Positions 39,091 to 52,599 are shown, counted from the stretch's first letter. The stretch is DNA of 64,000 nt from Paraspadella gotoi (GCA_051294375.1 CM119266.1:11881180-11945179), one strand, 5' to 3'. Notes: generated from the sequence alone by a model not told the origin. Numbers and translations: made by a program.

Positions 39091-40038
39091 AAACAGTTTG
39101 AGATATGGAGTAAAGAGAGATCAAAGTTCGAAAGAAAATCACAAGGATGAGATTAGAAGCTCAAGGGGAAAAAAAAGAGTCTAAAAGGAAAAGAAAAACC
39201 CAGGGATCAGGTTATGACGACCGCGACGAATCTCGATGGTTTATGTTACAGTAGAGCGTTCGAAAAACAGGAAAATATTGTCATATTTTAAATTTTCTCG
39301 GTTTCCTTTCGACCCTTAAAAAATTAAATGTTCTTTTCTTTCTCGGGTTTGTAACTCACTACTTAGCGGCTTTAATATATTTTTTGGCTGATTCTGGTTT
39401 AGTTTATTTATTTATGTATTTATATGTACATTCCCTTTTTATTTATTACATTTTTTTCTTATTAAGCAAATATGCATCTAAGATTCTCCAAGAATACTGG
39501 TCACACTAACCGTCTTCCTTTCATTCAACTTCATTTGTTGCTTTCGTCTCGCCACATCCCCCCTCAATCCCCACCCACCCCCCCAACTCCCTAAACGCCC
39601 TCCCTCGCTCCACGCCCTTCGTCTCCGTTCAGCCCTCTATCGGCCTCAAAAGGAAACTCGCGGCGACAAAGACGAGAGGGGGCGAAGTCTGCGGAAAAGA
39701 GAGGATTCCCTCTCGAGGGGGATTTTCTCTTTTTAATTTTTTTTCCCTCGTCTCGTCTCTCTTTCTATTTTCTCGCCTCTCTCCAGAGTTCTGCCTTCTC
39801 TAACGGACTAACTAGCTTTTTTTCTAACAGAAAAAAAAACGAGATTTTCTTTTTAGGCACTGTTTTTATTAATTAAACATAAAAAAAGTAAAAAAAGAGA
39901 TACGAAAAAAGCAAAGAAACGGTAAAGAAAAGATAATCTTTAAGATTTTCCTGAGATCTTAGGTTTCCCATCCAAAAAATGGGGAAAAAAAAGAATCGCT
40001 AAAAATAAATTCAAAAAAAGGGGAGTCTTAAAAGTATT

Positions 40039-40502
40039 TTATAGATTGAGAAAAGAACTGGATTCTTTGTACAAACCGACGAAGCGCTTGAAAAGTTTTC
40101 CCGCAAACACGAGTTTGAAAAGAGATTCGTCTGGAAATTCCTTCATCTTCCTCCCATCGTCCTGGATATTCCCCTTGTAGTACATGACGAGCATGTAGAC
40201 GCTTTCCCTCGGCACGCCCATCTTCTCCGCGCACTTGAGCTTGAGATCGAGGATGGTGTCCGACGAAGTCATGGAGAAAGTCAGGTGGAGCCCGGTCTGC
40301 GTGTCCACGTGGAAGTCTCCCTGGCGCACTGGAAATAAAAGATCTTGTTTATTCATCGATTAAAATAAAGAAGGAAAATCTATTAGACATTAGCTTAGGA
40401 TCGGTAGACAGTATTTAACTTACAGTGTTGCTGGTTTTTCTTAGCCTCTGTAAAGTAGAAAAGGACCAGGAATATGACCGTCAATTTTTCAGTGCCTCTC
40501 AT
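40039..40502 (-). CDS. Signal peptide + ubiquitin-like domain protein, paralog B (2 exons, ~122 aa)
   Basis: Exon 1 40502-40424 (MRGTEKLTVIFLVLFYFTEAKKNQQH), donor GTAAGT, 95-nt intron ending TTCCAG, exon 2 40328-40039. The phase-1 join is in frame: LRQGDFHVDTQTGLHLTFSMTSSDTILDLKLKCAEKMGVPRESVYMLVMYYKGNIQDDGRKMKEFPDESLFKLVFAGKLFKRFVGLYKESSSFLNL*. Same intron position and phase as paralog A. Ubiquitin-like motifs include SDTI..K.K...GVP and DGR. AATAAA on the minus strand at ~39870-39865. Confidence 0.88.
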
Positions 40503-41460
40503 CGTACTTTCGATGATGTTTAATTAAAAGATTCAATAAAAATTTAAAAAAAGTCGAATTTGGAGGTGATTTCAATTAATTATTGTAAGGTAGCTTGCAT
40601 TTTTAACATTAAAAAGAAACTTTATTTGTTTATCGATCAATCTTGACGCTTTGACAAATTCAGCAGTTTACTTATTTCTTTAAGAGTGATAAAATATTAT
40701 GTCAATTAAGACACTCGGCTGAATTTAAAAATTTGAGTGGAACCAAAGAGAAAATAAAACGAACGCAGATTTGTTTTAAAAATTGGGCGTGGAAAATGAC
40801 CGTTTTATGTGGATTATTTTTAAACGCTTAGATCGATTGATTTGAAATGTTGTATCAACAATATTGACATCATTTCCTATCAGTAAATGTAAAAATATTT
40901 AAAATAACATTATATACAGCCAGGTAACTTGCCTATCTACTTTATAAAAATATCGCGCTCAGCGTGGCTTCAAGCGTGGCGACGCCGAGCGTAACATCGT
41001 CACGAGGGATTCCACGTGGTGCGTCATTCGATCACGCCCACGCTTACTTTATCGCTTCAAAAATTATACGGCGCCATTTGTTTGTTTTTTTTGAGGGGGT
41101 GGGCCGATAACTAACAAATTGGCGCCCACTAGTGGTCAGCGGTGATGTTCAAGTTACTCTTCATCTCCCTTATCTCCTATAACTCATTTAGGTAATTTGC
41201 GTTGCCACTTACAAAGAGCAACGCGACAATAAATATAAAACAATCTCCCAATAAAAATATATTTTATTTAATTAATGGATGCAATGTGCGTTTCCAGCGT
41301 CTATTTACAACAAGGTATTGTTCTGAGCATAATCGATGGGAGGAAAAGGGGTGGAGGAGGAAGAAGAAGAAAAGCTGATATGAATTCAGGATAACCAATA
41401 ACTGAATAAGGTTCAATAAAGAAATTTCTGTCAAAATCACACAAAAATCTTTGTCTCAAA

Positions 41461-41905
41461 TCAGTTCATATGCTTCTTAGAAAATACGAGTTTGAAAAGA
41501 GCTTGGTCTGGAAATTCCGCCATTTTCTTTTCGTTCTTCATCTTCTCTCCGCCGTAGAAGATCGAGAAATGATCGATCTCCGCGCTTGGCACGCCCATCG
41601 CGTCCGCGCATTTCCGCTTGAGATCGAGGATCGATTCCGACGAAGACATTGACACTTTTAAGTGGAGACCAGTCTCCGTGTCGACGTTGACGGTCATCGT
41701 GCGCACTGAAGACAGTAAATTAAATGATTTTTATGTTTAACATAGGGATTTTATTTTAAATAATTCAAGATACAATCATTATCATCTTATACTCACTCGG
41801 TGGACGATTTTTGGTCGCCTTGACGCAAGAGAAAAGCAGCAGAAATCGGGCCGTCAATATCCGGATTCGACGAGTCAACTGTCTTCTGATGTTATTTCGT
41901 AACAT
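41461..41905 (-). CDS. Signal-peptide-like leader + ubiquitin-like domain protein, paralog A (2 exons, ~117 aa)
   Basis: Exon 1 41905-41797 (ATG, MLRNNIRRQLTRRIRILTARFLLLFSCVKATKNRPP), donor GTGAGT, 91-nt intron ending TTCAG, exon 2 41705-41461. The phase-1 join is in frame: MRTMTVNVDTETGLHLKVSMSSSESILDLKRKCADAMGVPSAEIDHFSIFYGGEKMKNEKKMAEFPDQALFKLVFSKKHMN*. Exon 2 aligns by eye with ubiquitin (VKTLTG / SDTIENVKAKI / GIP / LIFAGK / LHLVL) but has no terminal GG. AATAAA on the minus strand at ~41268-41263. Confidence 0.85.
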
Positions 41906-42109
41906 TATGGCTTTTATGCTTTCATTATTTTGGTGGGTTTTTTGTTTGTTTTTTTTTATACTGTTTTTCTTCAGTTTTTATAGTTCTTATTGCTAAAGAC
42001 GATTTTTTCGTCTGCATGAATGAGAATGCGAATTTTACTAAGCCTATTTTTCTAGTACTATTTCATTCTTTTCTCTCTTTTCCTAAACTTTTCTATTTTT
42101 CCCTTTCAT

Positions 42110-42411
42110 TTTTAGTTACGACGCGAGTACTCGCGGAACAACTCTATAAATCTATAAGTCTATTAGTCACTCTTCAGTCAGTATATCGGTCGGTCGGTCC
42201 GTCGGTTTGTCCCACTTACGTTAAAAATGCATATAATTTGCCTATATTTGATGATTGCTCATTAGTTAAGACAGAAAAAACCTAAAATCTAAATGTCAGC
42301 TAGCGCATGTCATGTCATGTAGCGTCATGTCATGTAATGTCATGTCGCGAAAAATACTCGTGATAAGTCAGTCACTGCGTCGCAACACATTCGAATTACC
42401 GTTCCTGTTTT
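42110..42411 (+). mobile_element. Helentron/DINE-like short element, family 2
   Basis: TTTTAGTT start, perfect palindrome CGCGAGTACTCGCG (42122-42135), (CGGT)n microsatellite and (CATGT)n tract. Homologous in reverse orientation to 14248-14603 and 21121-21480. Confidence 0.65.
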
Positions 42412-45400
42412 CTTAGCTTTACTTATCTCACTTGACTTATCCTCCTTCTTCCTTTCTTTTTCTTCTCGTTTTCCGCCTTTCCCGGACTTTATTCGGGTGT
42501 TTCCCACCTTTCTACATCCCTCTTTTATTTCCCCCTGAAAAAACGTATCCGATTTCGTCACGTGACTCGATTTCGACTCGATGAAGTCACATGACCTCAG
42601 ATTCCTCAGAACTCCTCGATGGCTTTTCCTCTCTAAGCGTCTTCGCCTCTAGGATTTCGCCGAGATTTTCTTCCCCGCGCGCGTGCGAATTGCGCGTAAA
42701 TTCGAGTGCGTGCGACAGTGAGAGCTCGTGCGACCTCGATAGTTTTGTCGAGTAGCCGAGGCGAGATTAAAGAATTAAAGAATCTGGCGCCGGTTAAACG
42801 TTGGGCGTCGCCGTCGGCTTGGAGTCGTGAGGATTTTCATTAAAGAAGGTGAAACGAAGCGAAGGGACGGACGGACAGACGGAAAGCTTTGAATCAGTCT
42901 GTTTACTCAGTTCAAGTTTAAAAGGGAATCGTGACGACGAATTTTTCCTCGCTGTCTGTTTCGGAACAAAACAAAAACAAAACGCAGTTGTTTTTTTTTC
43001 CGTGTACTTATTTTTCGTCGTCTGATCGAGGAGACGAGAGAACCGGTTTCGAAATGGTTTCTCAGTTTTAATTGTTGTCAGAACTCATTCGGATTAAGAT
43101 TGTTTTCGGTCGGTTAGGACTAAGCTCTGACGAAAAAAGCCATAAGTTTTTTTAATATATTCTTTTACCGGCCAATGTAGAATGATGGCAATATTGCTAT
43201 TGTTAAGTTTAAAACAAAATTCGATCAGAAATATAGAAAATATTAACCAAAATCTTCGGAAAATCCACCCTTCTTTGAAAGATTTTCGCCATAGAAGATT
43301 TTTCCCGAATCTGACTCCCGGTTGAAAACTCTTAGAATTCCGATCGTTAGCTTTTACTTTAATTAAAAATTTCACCAAAATGGACTAATTCACTTTACCA
43401 TGATTGTATCATATTAAAATAACTAAATAAAATGTAAAGAAAAATTTTGAGAGCCCTTCAGACATATGGCTATCGGATTCCTGAATTCGAAGTTTATTGT
43501 AAAATCACAACATATGTTAAATGCGTTGACATTGTATTGAAGTTGAGAAATCCCTTTAATTTATATATATAAAAATATAATTTATATATTTATAATTTAT
43601 ATATATAAAAATCTCGTTGAAAATATTTTTCCGAGCGAACCAGTCCATTTGAATCTGATGGTTTGATGTCAAAATGATGCTTATTTGTCAAGAGAAAAAA
43701 AATGCGAGCCCTTCAGATACAACAGGGTCTGAATCGAGTGTTTTTACATCTATTTTTTACCTTAATTTTTCCAAGGGGCGTTTACATTGTTTGGTAGTCA
43801 GATTTTAGCAAAAATCTCCATTGAAAAAGTCTTCCTCGATTTCTAAGAACGACGTAGACTCCTAGGTTGGTTAAGGTTTTTTCGGATAGGTTTTTAGTGC
43901 ATAGAAAACTATTAAGTTAATAATTTTTAAATCAAAATATTCATTAATAAAATCTCAAATTTGGTTTTTGTACCATTCCGAAAAAAAGGGAAATTTTCCG
44001 CTAACAAAAGGGAAAAAGCTACGACATTAGAAATTCTACGACTTTTTTTTTAATCTTTTTTTCTGAAAATAAAACGGTTTATTGCCTGCAGGAAACAGTT
44101 AAAACAACAGAATTCAGTTGAAAAAAAAAGAAGCAAAAGTTGATAAGACAGCGCGCCGATCCGATTACGAAAACGATGAATAAACGAAAAAAACAATTCT
44201 GGGAATTAAGCTTCGAAAAAAAATTTCCGAGAAAAATGGAAATCTGATTGATCGATTGATGCTTTTATCAAGATTTCCACATTTCCTCATCAACAAAGTA
44301 GCTTTATCATAACTGACGTCATTTAAACATAAATATCATTCTATGTATATATATATTTTTAGTCGTAACGCGGAACGAACCTTAAAGCACCCATTCCCTG
44401 GCCAATTTTCGACGCTCGGTATGCATGCTATTCTCCCACTTGGGTCGGAGGCCGAGTCATTCCGGCGCCGCTGCCGCTGCCGCCGCGGACTCCGCTGCCG
44501 CAGCTGCCGACGTCGCCAACGGCGTCGCCTCTCTGAATGCTAAATGCCCTCGGCGCCCTCGCGCTCGGAAATTTCCGTTTTTTTTTTTTCTCCTGTCGCT
44601 CATGGAAAATGGATGTTTGCTTGGTTCTGCTTGTCCATCGGCTCCGATAAAGTGTGCAAATGTTTACTCGCGTTTCCAAGCGATTGAATCCGGCGTTTAA
44701 GAGTCGTACGTCGGCCGGCCGCCGACTTTCGATGAGTCGTGCCGAGTGGGAATTGGGGGGAACTCGAGGGATCGAGAGTTACAATCGGAGAGTTAACAGT
44801 GTAGCAGTGATTCTTTGATTAAAGATCCTAATTATATCTGCAATATAAGAATAATAAAAAGCACAAATAATCGAAAAATGGCGCTTTAAAAAAACTGGGA
44901 CAAAGATATAATTAAAGCGACGAGGCTCTGAGGCTCTCCAAACCAAGACGATGGATTTACTGCATGAGTTAGAATTTTTATTGCAGAGGCTTAAAAGAAT
45001 TTTAAAAAAGTTCTTTAGTCGCGCACTTATTTCCACCAAAATTACATATAGTGTGATATCGTTTTATTTTCGTAAAGTCAACAACCTTTTACAAATTCTC
45101 CTCTTTACCATCCGTGATTCCATTCACCCCTGTCACAAGCGAGAGAAGAGTGAGTTGACGACGGATCTTTAAAGAATCGTCTCACGTCTAAGAACGAAAG
45201 CAGCTTATCGTTATTCTCTCGTTCTTCCCTCGTTCTTCCCTCGTTCTCCTTTTGAACAGTAATCTCCTCATCGTGCGTTCATTTTCATTTATTTACATTC
45301 GTCGGGACTCAAAAGAAAACGAGTCTGTCGAACGAGCTATCGGGCGGTCGGGCGGTCGGGCGGTCGGGCTGGTGAGACGGGCGGCTCCCAAGCGGAGACG

Positions 45401-48204
45401 AACGGGCAGCAACGAGGCAGCGAGACGAAGGCAATTTGCCACGAATCTGCCATCGATTTGCCATTCGTCTTCGGACGAGTGAGTCCGAGCTCCTCAATCC
45501 CTGCTCGTTCCTTTTTTTTTCTACCTCCAGTTTGCTTTTCGTTTTTTTTTTTTTATTTCTCCCAGTTTTTCCTTGCTTATCTTCCTTTTTCTTCATTGGT
45601 TCTTTTTTTTTAAATCCTTTTTTTTTCTTCCATTCATCTCCTCCTTTCATCTCGAAGTCAGTTTGCTTTTCTTTCTCGGCTTTTGCATATTATCCCTGGT
45701 TCTTTTTCATCCTTGATTTCCGATATCATTCTCCTTTTTTTTTTTTAACTTTCCTCTTTCACCGCCTTTTCTCTTTTCCTTTTTGCCTCTTTCTTTTTCC
45801 CTCTCTCTATTTCCTCCCTCTCATCCTTCCCTAATATCCTTTTTTCCTTCTTCCTTCTCTTTCCTTTTCCCCCTCTCATCATTTTCCCCCTTCCCCTTTT
45901 TAAATCTCCGTCGTCTGCTTTCAGAGGATGAGGGACGCAGATTTAATATCATAAAAAATCTAAATCTTTCCATCGGGTCAGACGTCGAGAACGACCCGGG
46001 ATTTTTAAGCTTTTCAATTTTCGGTGATTTAATTTTTTTTTTTTTTTTAAACGATGTCGTAGTTCGGAGATATTTTTGTTTTGGTCGTTTCGTGTTTGTA
46101 TATTTTTTTTTCAGTGTAACAATACTACTACAGCTTCGAACCATAGAATTTTTTTCTCGGCTTTCTGTCGTGAGTTTTTCGTTCTTTGTTTTTGTTTGGC
46201 AGTTGATTTTAAATAATTGAATCTCTGCGATTCTGTTTTCGTCGAATAAAACACTTTTTTTTTAATCAAATATGCGGAAATGTCAAAAAAAAAGAAAAAG
46301 TGATGTCGTTTAAGTTGTCGTTGTCGTCGTCGTCGTCGTCGTGATCGTCGTCGTGATCGTCGTCGTTAAAAACATTCGGGTTGAGTTTACACAAAACGAC
46401 CAAAATTTTTTTAAAAATCCATTTTTCAGTTTTTAACCCCATTTACATTTTTCACGAACCCCATAATATTGCTCACCCATCTCCTTTATTTATGTCTCTT
46501 TTTTATCAAGACTAACCCCGCGCCAAACATCCAGCACGTATCTACAAGAGAAACTTCCGCACCCACAAATCGGCAATCGCACTTATGAAGTCAACCATCT
46601 ACTTTTCCACAAAAACTCTTGTAAGTCTACGAGTGCAAAGTCGATGGCTCAAATTTTTTTCTTGCTTTAACTTACGGTTTACCACGATCAAAAACAACAT
46701 GGATATGTTAAAATATAACTTTTTTATCATTTTAAATTACGTTCAAGAAACAAAAAATGTTATCACACTAAACGCTACAAAATAAAATGTTGCGGGGACA
46801 AAAGTGGCGATCGGGTTGCCCCGCCGGGTCAGACGCCAAGGTCGAACCACTTAGGGTCACGTGGTCGACTCCTTCCGACCGGAAATTGCGCCATCGACGC
46901 AGAAAAAAAAAAGGTTCGTGGTCAATGGGAGCTGAGAAACTCTCTCAGGTTCTCTGGCCGAAAAGAAAGGAGGAAAGAAAAGGAGAGACAGGGTGAAAGA
47001 ATAAAAGACAAAGATCGCTGAGGGCAGCATCTTTTTGAGGCGGAGATCGAAATGGAAACCCTTCTCTACTTTCTCCTTTGTTTTTTTGTCCTTTTCTTTT
47101 TTAAAAAAACATAACTCGTAGTTTAGCAAAGATTTTTTGAGAAGGTCTCCCGGCGATTTCATAATTCAAGATTCTGTTTGCGATTTAACTTAAAACCTTT
47201 TCTTGCGGATGACGCATTTACTTCAAAAATACTTCTTGTCTCCTTCTATGATGTCAATAACAAGCTTTTGTTTCTGCTTTGCTGGTGAGTGATTGCTTGT
47301 TAGTTATTGGAGTCATTCAAACGCCCGTTACATTACAGTCTACAGTCTCTGAATATTTTTCCTAACAGTGGCACGCACAACAGACGCTTCTCAGTCCCTA
47401 TCTCAACAGATCTCCACTCATTAGAGCCTCGCTGAACAGTACTTGCCGCAACCGTCAAAGGTCTTTGCCTGTCGCCTATCGCTTCCTTTCATCCTCTCTT
47501 TTCAAAGTGGATGGAAACCAGAAGTTAATTAAACGTCTGGTTCTACTCTTTAAAAAAAGAAAGAAAAAAACAAAAAAAAACAAAGAAGCTCATTCTTAAT
47601 TTAGAACTATGACTTTGGCGTCGACGTTTCGTCGGTTCCAGATTAAATGGAAAGATATGAGGTAGCTAAGATACTATCGGAGCTAAAAACAGAAGCAAAA
47701 ATAAAAATTCCGTTTTTGAGAATGCAGATGTACGAATTATTTAACTTTAAGCAAGTCTCTTCGTTTTGTATCTGTATATTTTTTTCATAGACTAGCCATT
47801 GGAGCCTAGGAAAGAAAAGGGAAAAAGCAATACAAACAAGAAAAGAAAAAGAGTTAAACGGAAAATTATAAGGATTATTAAAAGGGAGAAAGAGTAAGAA
47901 GAAAGAAAATAGAGAAAAAAAAGGAAATTTGGGACCCCAAAGGTCGTCAAGGTCGAAAGGATGAAAAGAGAAGGAAAAAAATATCCCGGGGTGGTCAAGG
48001 GAAATTATCGACTGGCTCCTCTTTTACTTTCTTTTCTTTTTTTCTCTATTTTTTGGTTTCTCTCTTTTTTCTTTTCCTCCTTTAGATCCTCTCCTTCTTT
48101 TTTTGCCCTCTTCTTCTTCTCGAACGAACTAAACGGTACTAAAACCGCACAGTTGCAAAGAGAGAAGAGCACGTGCGAAAGAGAGAGAGAGAAAGAGAGA
48201 GAGA

Positions 48205-48305
<101 letters not shown>

Positions 48306-50762
48306 AGAGGGAGAGGGAGAGGGAGAGTTGGTGAAATGCGAAAGTGGCTGGACTGTGAACGAAAAAAATGCGAATGTGATAGGAAGGGAAGAAAAAAAAT
48401 AGGAATAAAGAGCGAGTGACTGCGAACATGAGAGAAACGATATGAGCCAGAGTCAATTCTCTTCAGTTCCATTCTTTTGTTTTCAAAAGAAAAAAAAAAG
48501 ATTGCCCTCCCGCAAATATTCCCAGAACGAAACCATAAAAAAGATATTAATGCCGTTCCATCCTTGAAGCCAATAAAAGTCTGGAACGAACAAATTGGAA
48601 CAATTCATTCTGCAATGGATGTCGAAAGCCGAGAAGAAAAAATAAAGCGCTCTTCAAAATTCGAGTCAGATTCGATTTCTGATAAAATTGTAAAACCCGC
48701 GTAGGGAGTGGGGGCCACTGGAGGGGGGGGAGTAAATCATGACGAGAATTCAGTTGAATAAATTAAAATCAACGGTGATGACAGTTAAAGCGTTGTCAGG
48801 GGGAAAAAAAAGAGAGCCGAAAAAAGGGAGCATGTCTTTCAATGAAACGATCATAAAACATTATTTAATAAAATTCAAATAAAAACCGCAAAGAAAAGTT
48901 TGCCTAAAAAAAAAAATTATTCCTCTGGAAACTCATATCCTGGTTCCACCCGCTGTTGGCGAATAAATTTTGCGCGGGAATATCGTCGTTTTCCTTCGCG
49001 CGGATCTCATTGTTCAGACAACGAGGCGCTGCCGCTCAGTTCGCCATCCACCACCCAAAGACTCCGCGGCCGCTAACTCCCTAATCCCCACGCCCCAAAC
49101 GTTCCCCGCCACTTTCTCTCGAACTGTTATTGGTAAAAAGAAGCTCATGGTGAAGACGCAAATCAAACCGCTGGCCGCTGGCTGGTCCGTTTTACAAGCA
49201 AAGTTATGATCATAGAAAAAAAGCACACTACCAATTGTTGGCCATGATTCAAAGTATATAATACTAAAATCTGATTGGGCTAGCTTCATTGCTTTCAAAG
49301 AGAGATCATTTGGAAGATTTTCCACTTCTGACCCATATATCTCAAAAAGTTGACGACTAGAAAAAATTTTGAATGGTGCATCTTGTAGCCCAGGAAAAGG
49401 CGAATTAATGACCATCGTGACAAAACTTTCAATTTCTCAAATTTTATCGTAATGTTTTTTTAAATCGATGGGTCCGTCTCCTGAGTATTAAGAAGTTTGG
49501 GGCAACAATGTTTATGACAGGATTCTCTAATTTCAATTGTCACTATCTTCAAACGTTTGTCCTGATTTCAATGATAACTTAAAACCCGTTACCACCCAAA
49601 GCTATACCCCCGCTACCAAAGCTAGCACCACCGCCACCCAAGCCATCAAAACAACCCCCTCACCCCGCCCCCCTAAACCGCAACTGCCACCCATCACTTT
49701 CCCATGCGACTTCGAGGCAAAGAAAACTGGATGCTCGAATCATAATCGCCTACATATGATTCCTAACGGGAGCCCATCTCATTTTTTTTTCTCTCTCTCT
49801 TTTCCCAAAAACTCGGGAAGTCGTTTTCTTATTTTTTTTTCTTACATTTTTTTCACGTTTTATGTTGTTATGATTGTTGAACTTAAATATATTTCGTCTT
49901 ATTTTTTATCATTATAGTATTAGTATGATAGAACCAAAATTCTTTTAAAAGTTTGTTTGAGTCCGCTTGTTTTAAACTGTTTTATAATTTATTATTTTTA
50001 ATTTTTTTTAAATAATTTTTGAATTCTTCCGCTTGACTTTTATACACCTTTTTAATTCGACTCTTAACTTTCGTGTCTCGACGCGACACTTTGACGAAAA
50101 TCTCACCTTCGCCGCCGCTGGGGTCGCCCTGGGTCGTTGCCGACACCAACGCCGGCGACGAAAAACTGCTGCGGTTTCCGCAGCGGCTGCAGCGGAAATT
50201 CCTCGTATCTGGACGAATTAAAACTTCTCCAAATTTGAAGTTCGAAGACCTCCCCTTGCCTCACCCGTGTTCTTACATTGCCTCACCTTTTCGAAGTTCA
50301 ATCTTGATCCAGTTTTGACATGTAGAGAGATCTTGTTTTTTCAACCGGAAGCGGAGTGGCGATTTTTGAGAAAAGAAACGAAATGAAACTCTGGCTGAGT
50401 CAGTGCTTAATTTTTTGTTCTTTCGGCCAGCCCTTAGAAGAAAGTGCCACGAAAGATCCGGCGCTCCCGAATTACTAACTCGAAATTAAAATAAAGATAG
50501 AAAAACAAAATAATCTGCGATCATGTTTGGTAATTCAATGCCGATGAGTCATTATTTATTTTTCCCCTTTTAAATGAACCTCATTCTCAAATTCGGTTTA
50601 AAGGGGGGGGGCGGGATGGAATGAAAAAAAAAGGAGAAAGGAAAAAAAAAGGGAAATCTTTCTCTGCTTCGTCACGGATCAGAATCAAGTTTCTTTTAGC
50701 AGCTTTGTTCTTTTCTTTGTCTTCGACGGTTAACTTTTAGACAGAGGATGTGAAGAGGTTGC

Positions 50763-50869
<107 letters not shown>

Positions 50870-51130
50870 ATTGCTGCGTCTTCTTCGGGCTCCTAGATAC
50901 ACTCACGCTTCAAGGCCGTAAATTGTTCCCTTATTGTGACATGTACTCTGGGAATCCGAGATGTTTTGGTTATTAAATCGAGTTTCGTTGTTGAAGCGGA
51001 AATGAATCGTCGAATAACGAGAATGACGAAGACGACGACGATGATGACGACGACGAAGTCGACGAAGACGATAATGACGACGATGATGACGAATAAGCCT
51101 TTCTTCGACTCGGGATTTCCTTTCAAAAGC

Positions 51131-51185
<55 letters not shown>

Positions 51186-52561
51186 AAATTTAGATTTCAA
51201 AATTAAATTTTTTTTCTCGCTTCGGGTCACACGAATGGAGATTTTCGAGAAGCTTTAAGGGAGCATCGACCATTAGAGCGATTAACGTCAGTTCAATCGA
51301 AATATAATTGTTATTTGTTACCGCAAAACATAGACCAGATTAATGTACTTCATATAAATTTATACCAATGCCTACTTTTTTATACATTTAAACTAAAATT
51401 TATTTTTTTAAACTATTAAACTCATCTAATTCCGAACATTAATAATTCTTTTCAGATTCTCATCAATAAATGACGAAAATGCGATTTTGATTCGAGGCTC
51501 AACATCAGGCGGCGGCGGCGGCAGCGGCGGCGGCGGCGGCGGCGGCGGCGGCAGACTTGCCGCGACTTCATCCCTTCTCCTTCGGTCTAAGGACCCCGAG
51601 TCTCAAAAGCGAGATCAAAATGATAAAAAGACCCAAAAATGACCCCGAGAAGGAAACAAATACGAAGACACAAAATTGAACCTAAAAATAGAAAAAAAAG
51701 ATGGAAACGACTCAATGTTATGCATGAACAAGTGGCAAATATCAACGATCCATAAAAGTACAAAAATTCCAACGACATCCCATAAAATAAAAACAATACG
51801 TAAAAAACAAACAAAAAAATGACAAGAATGTCGCTATTTGTAAACGCTCATCATCGCAGCCGAAGACTCAAAAAGAAAATCTCGACCTCAAGGTCAAAAA
51901 CTTCGCTTCATGAGCGAAGAAAATTTGCGCTTTTTATGCGCGGGAGTTCTGCGGGTCGTAAATCGCGGAGTCCGGTCGCCCGCGTCTGAATATAATCGAA
52001 AACGCAGAAAAGAATCCAATTGCTTTGGTGGCGCTTTTTTTTTTTTTGCCATCTGAGCGGGGGAAAAAAGCAATGGGTTTTTTATGAGCTCAGTTGCTTT
52101 ATTGTTTGTTTCGATTCGTTGCTTTGTTTGTTTTTTTGTTTTGTTTTTTTACTAATTTTCAGTTTTTTTCTTCTTTGCTTGCTTTCTTTATTTATTCTTT
52201 CTTTGTTTCTTCTTTCTTATTTCTTTTTCTTTTTATTTCAATAGCTTTTTCCTCGTTTCTACCCTCTTTCTTTCGCAACTGTTGAGCGTTTACAACTAAA
52301 TGATTTTGCCGTCAAGTTTCACCCAACCCAAAACAACAGCTGTCGATGCGAAAATTCCTATTTTATTTTACTTTACAAAAGAAAACTCTATTTCTTAAGA
52401 AATTTTTATCTTTATCTAGGCCATGAAAAGCATAAAACGAGATCTGGTTTTTCCCATTATTACCTTTAATTTTTTAAACTATTTTGTGGGAGAATGTTCG
52501 GACCTTTAAGTCGATTTTTAACCCTTCCAAACCTGTAGACATGGTTTGAACAACTAAATAA

Positions 52562-52599
<38 letters not shown>

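Noticed and set aside
40329-40356. ORF-track start MNKQDLLFP for paralog B
   Set aside because: This segment is intronic (polypyrimidine tract + CAG acceptor). The spliced model matches the structure of paralog A.
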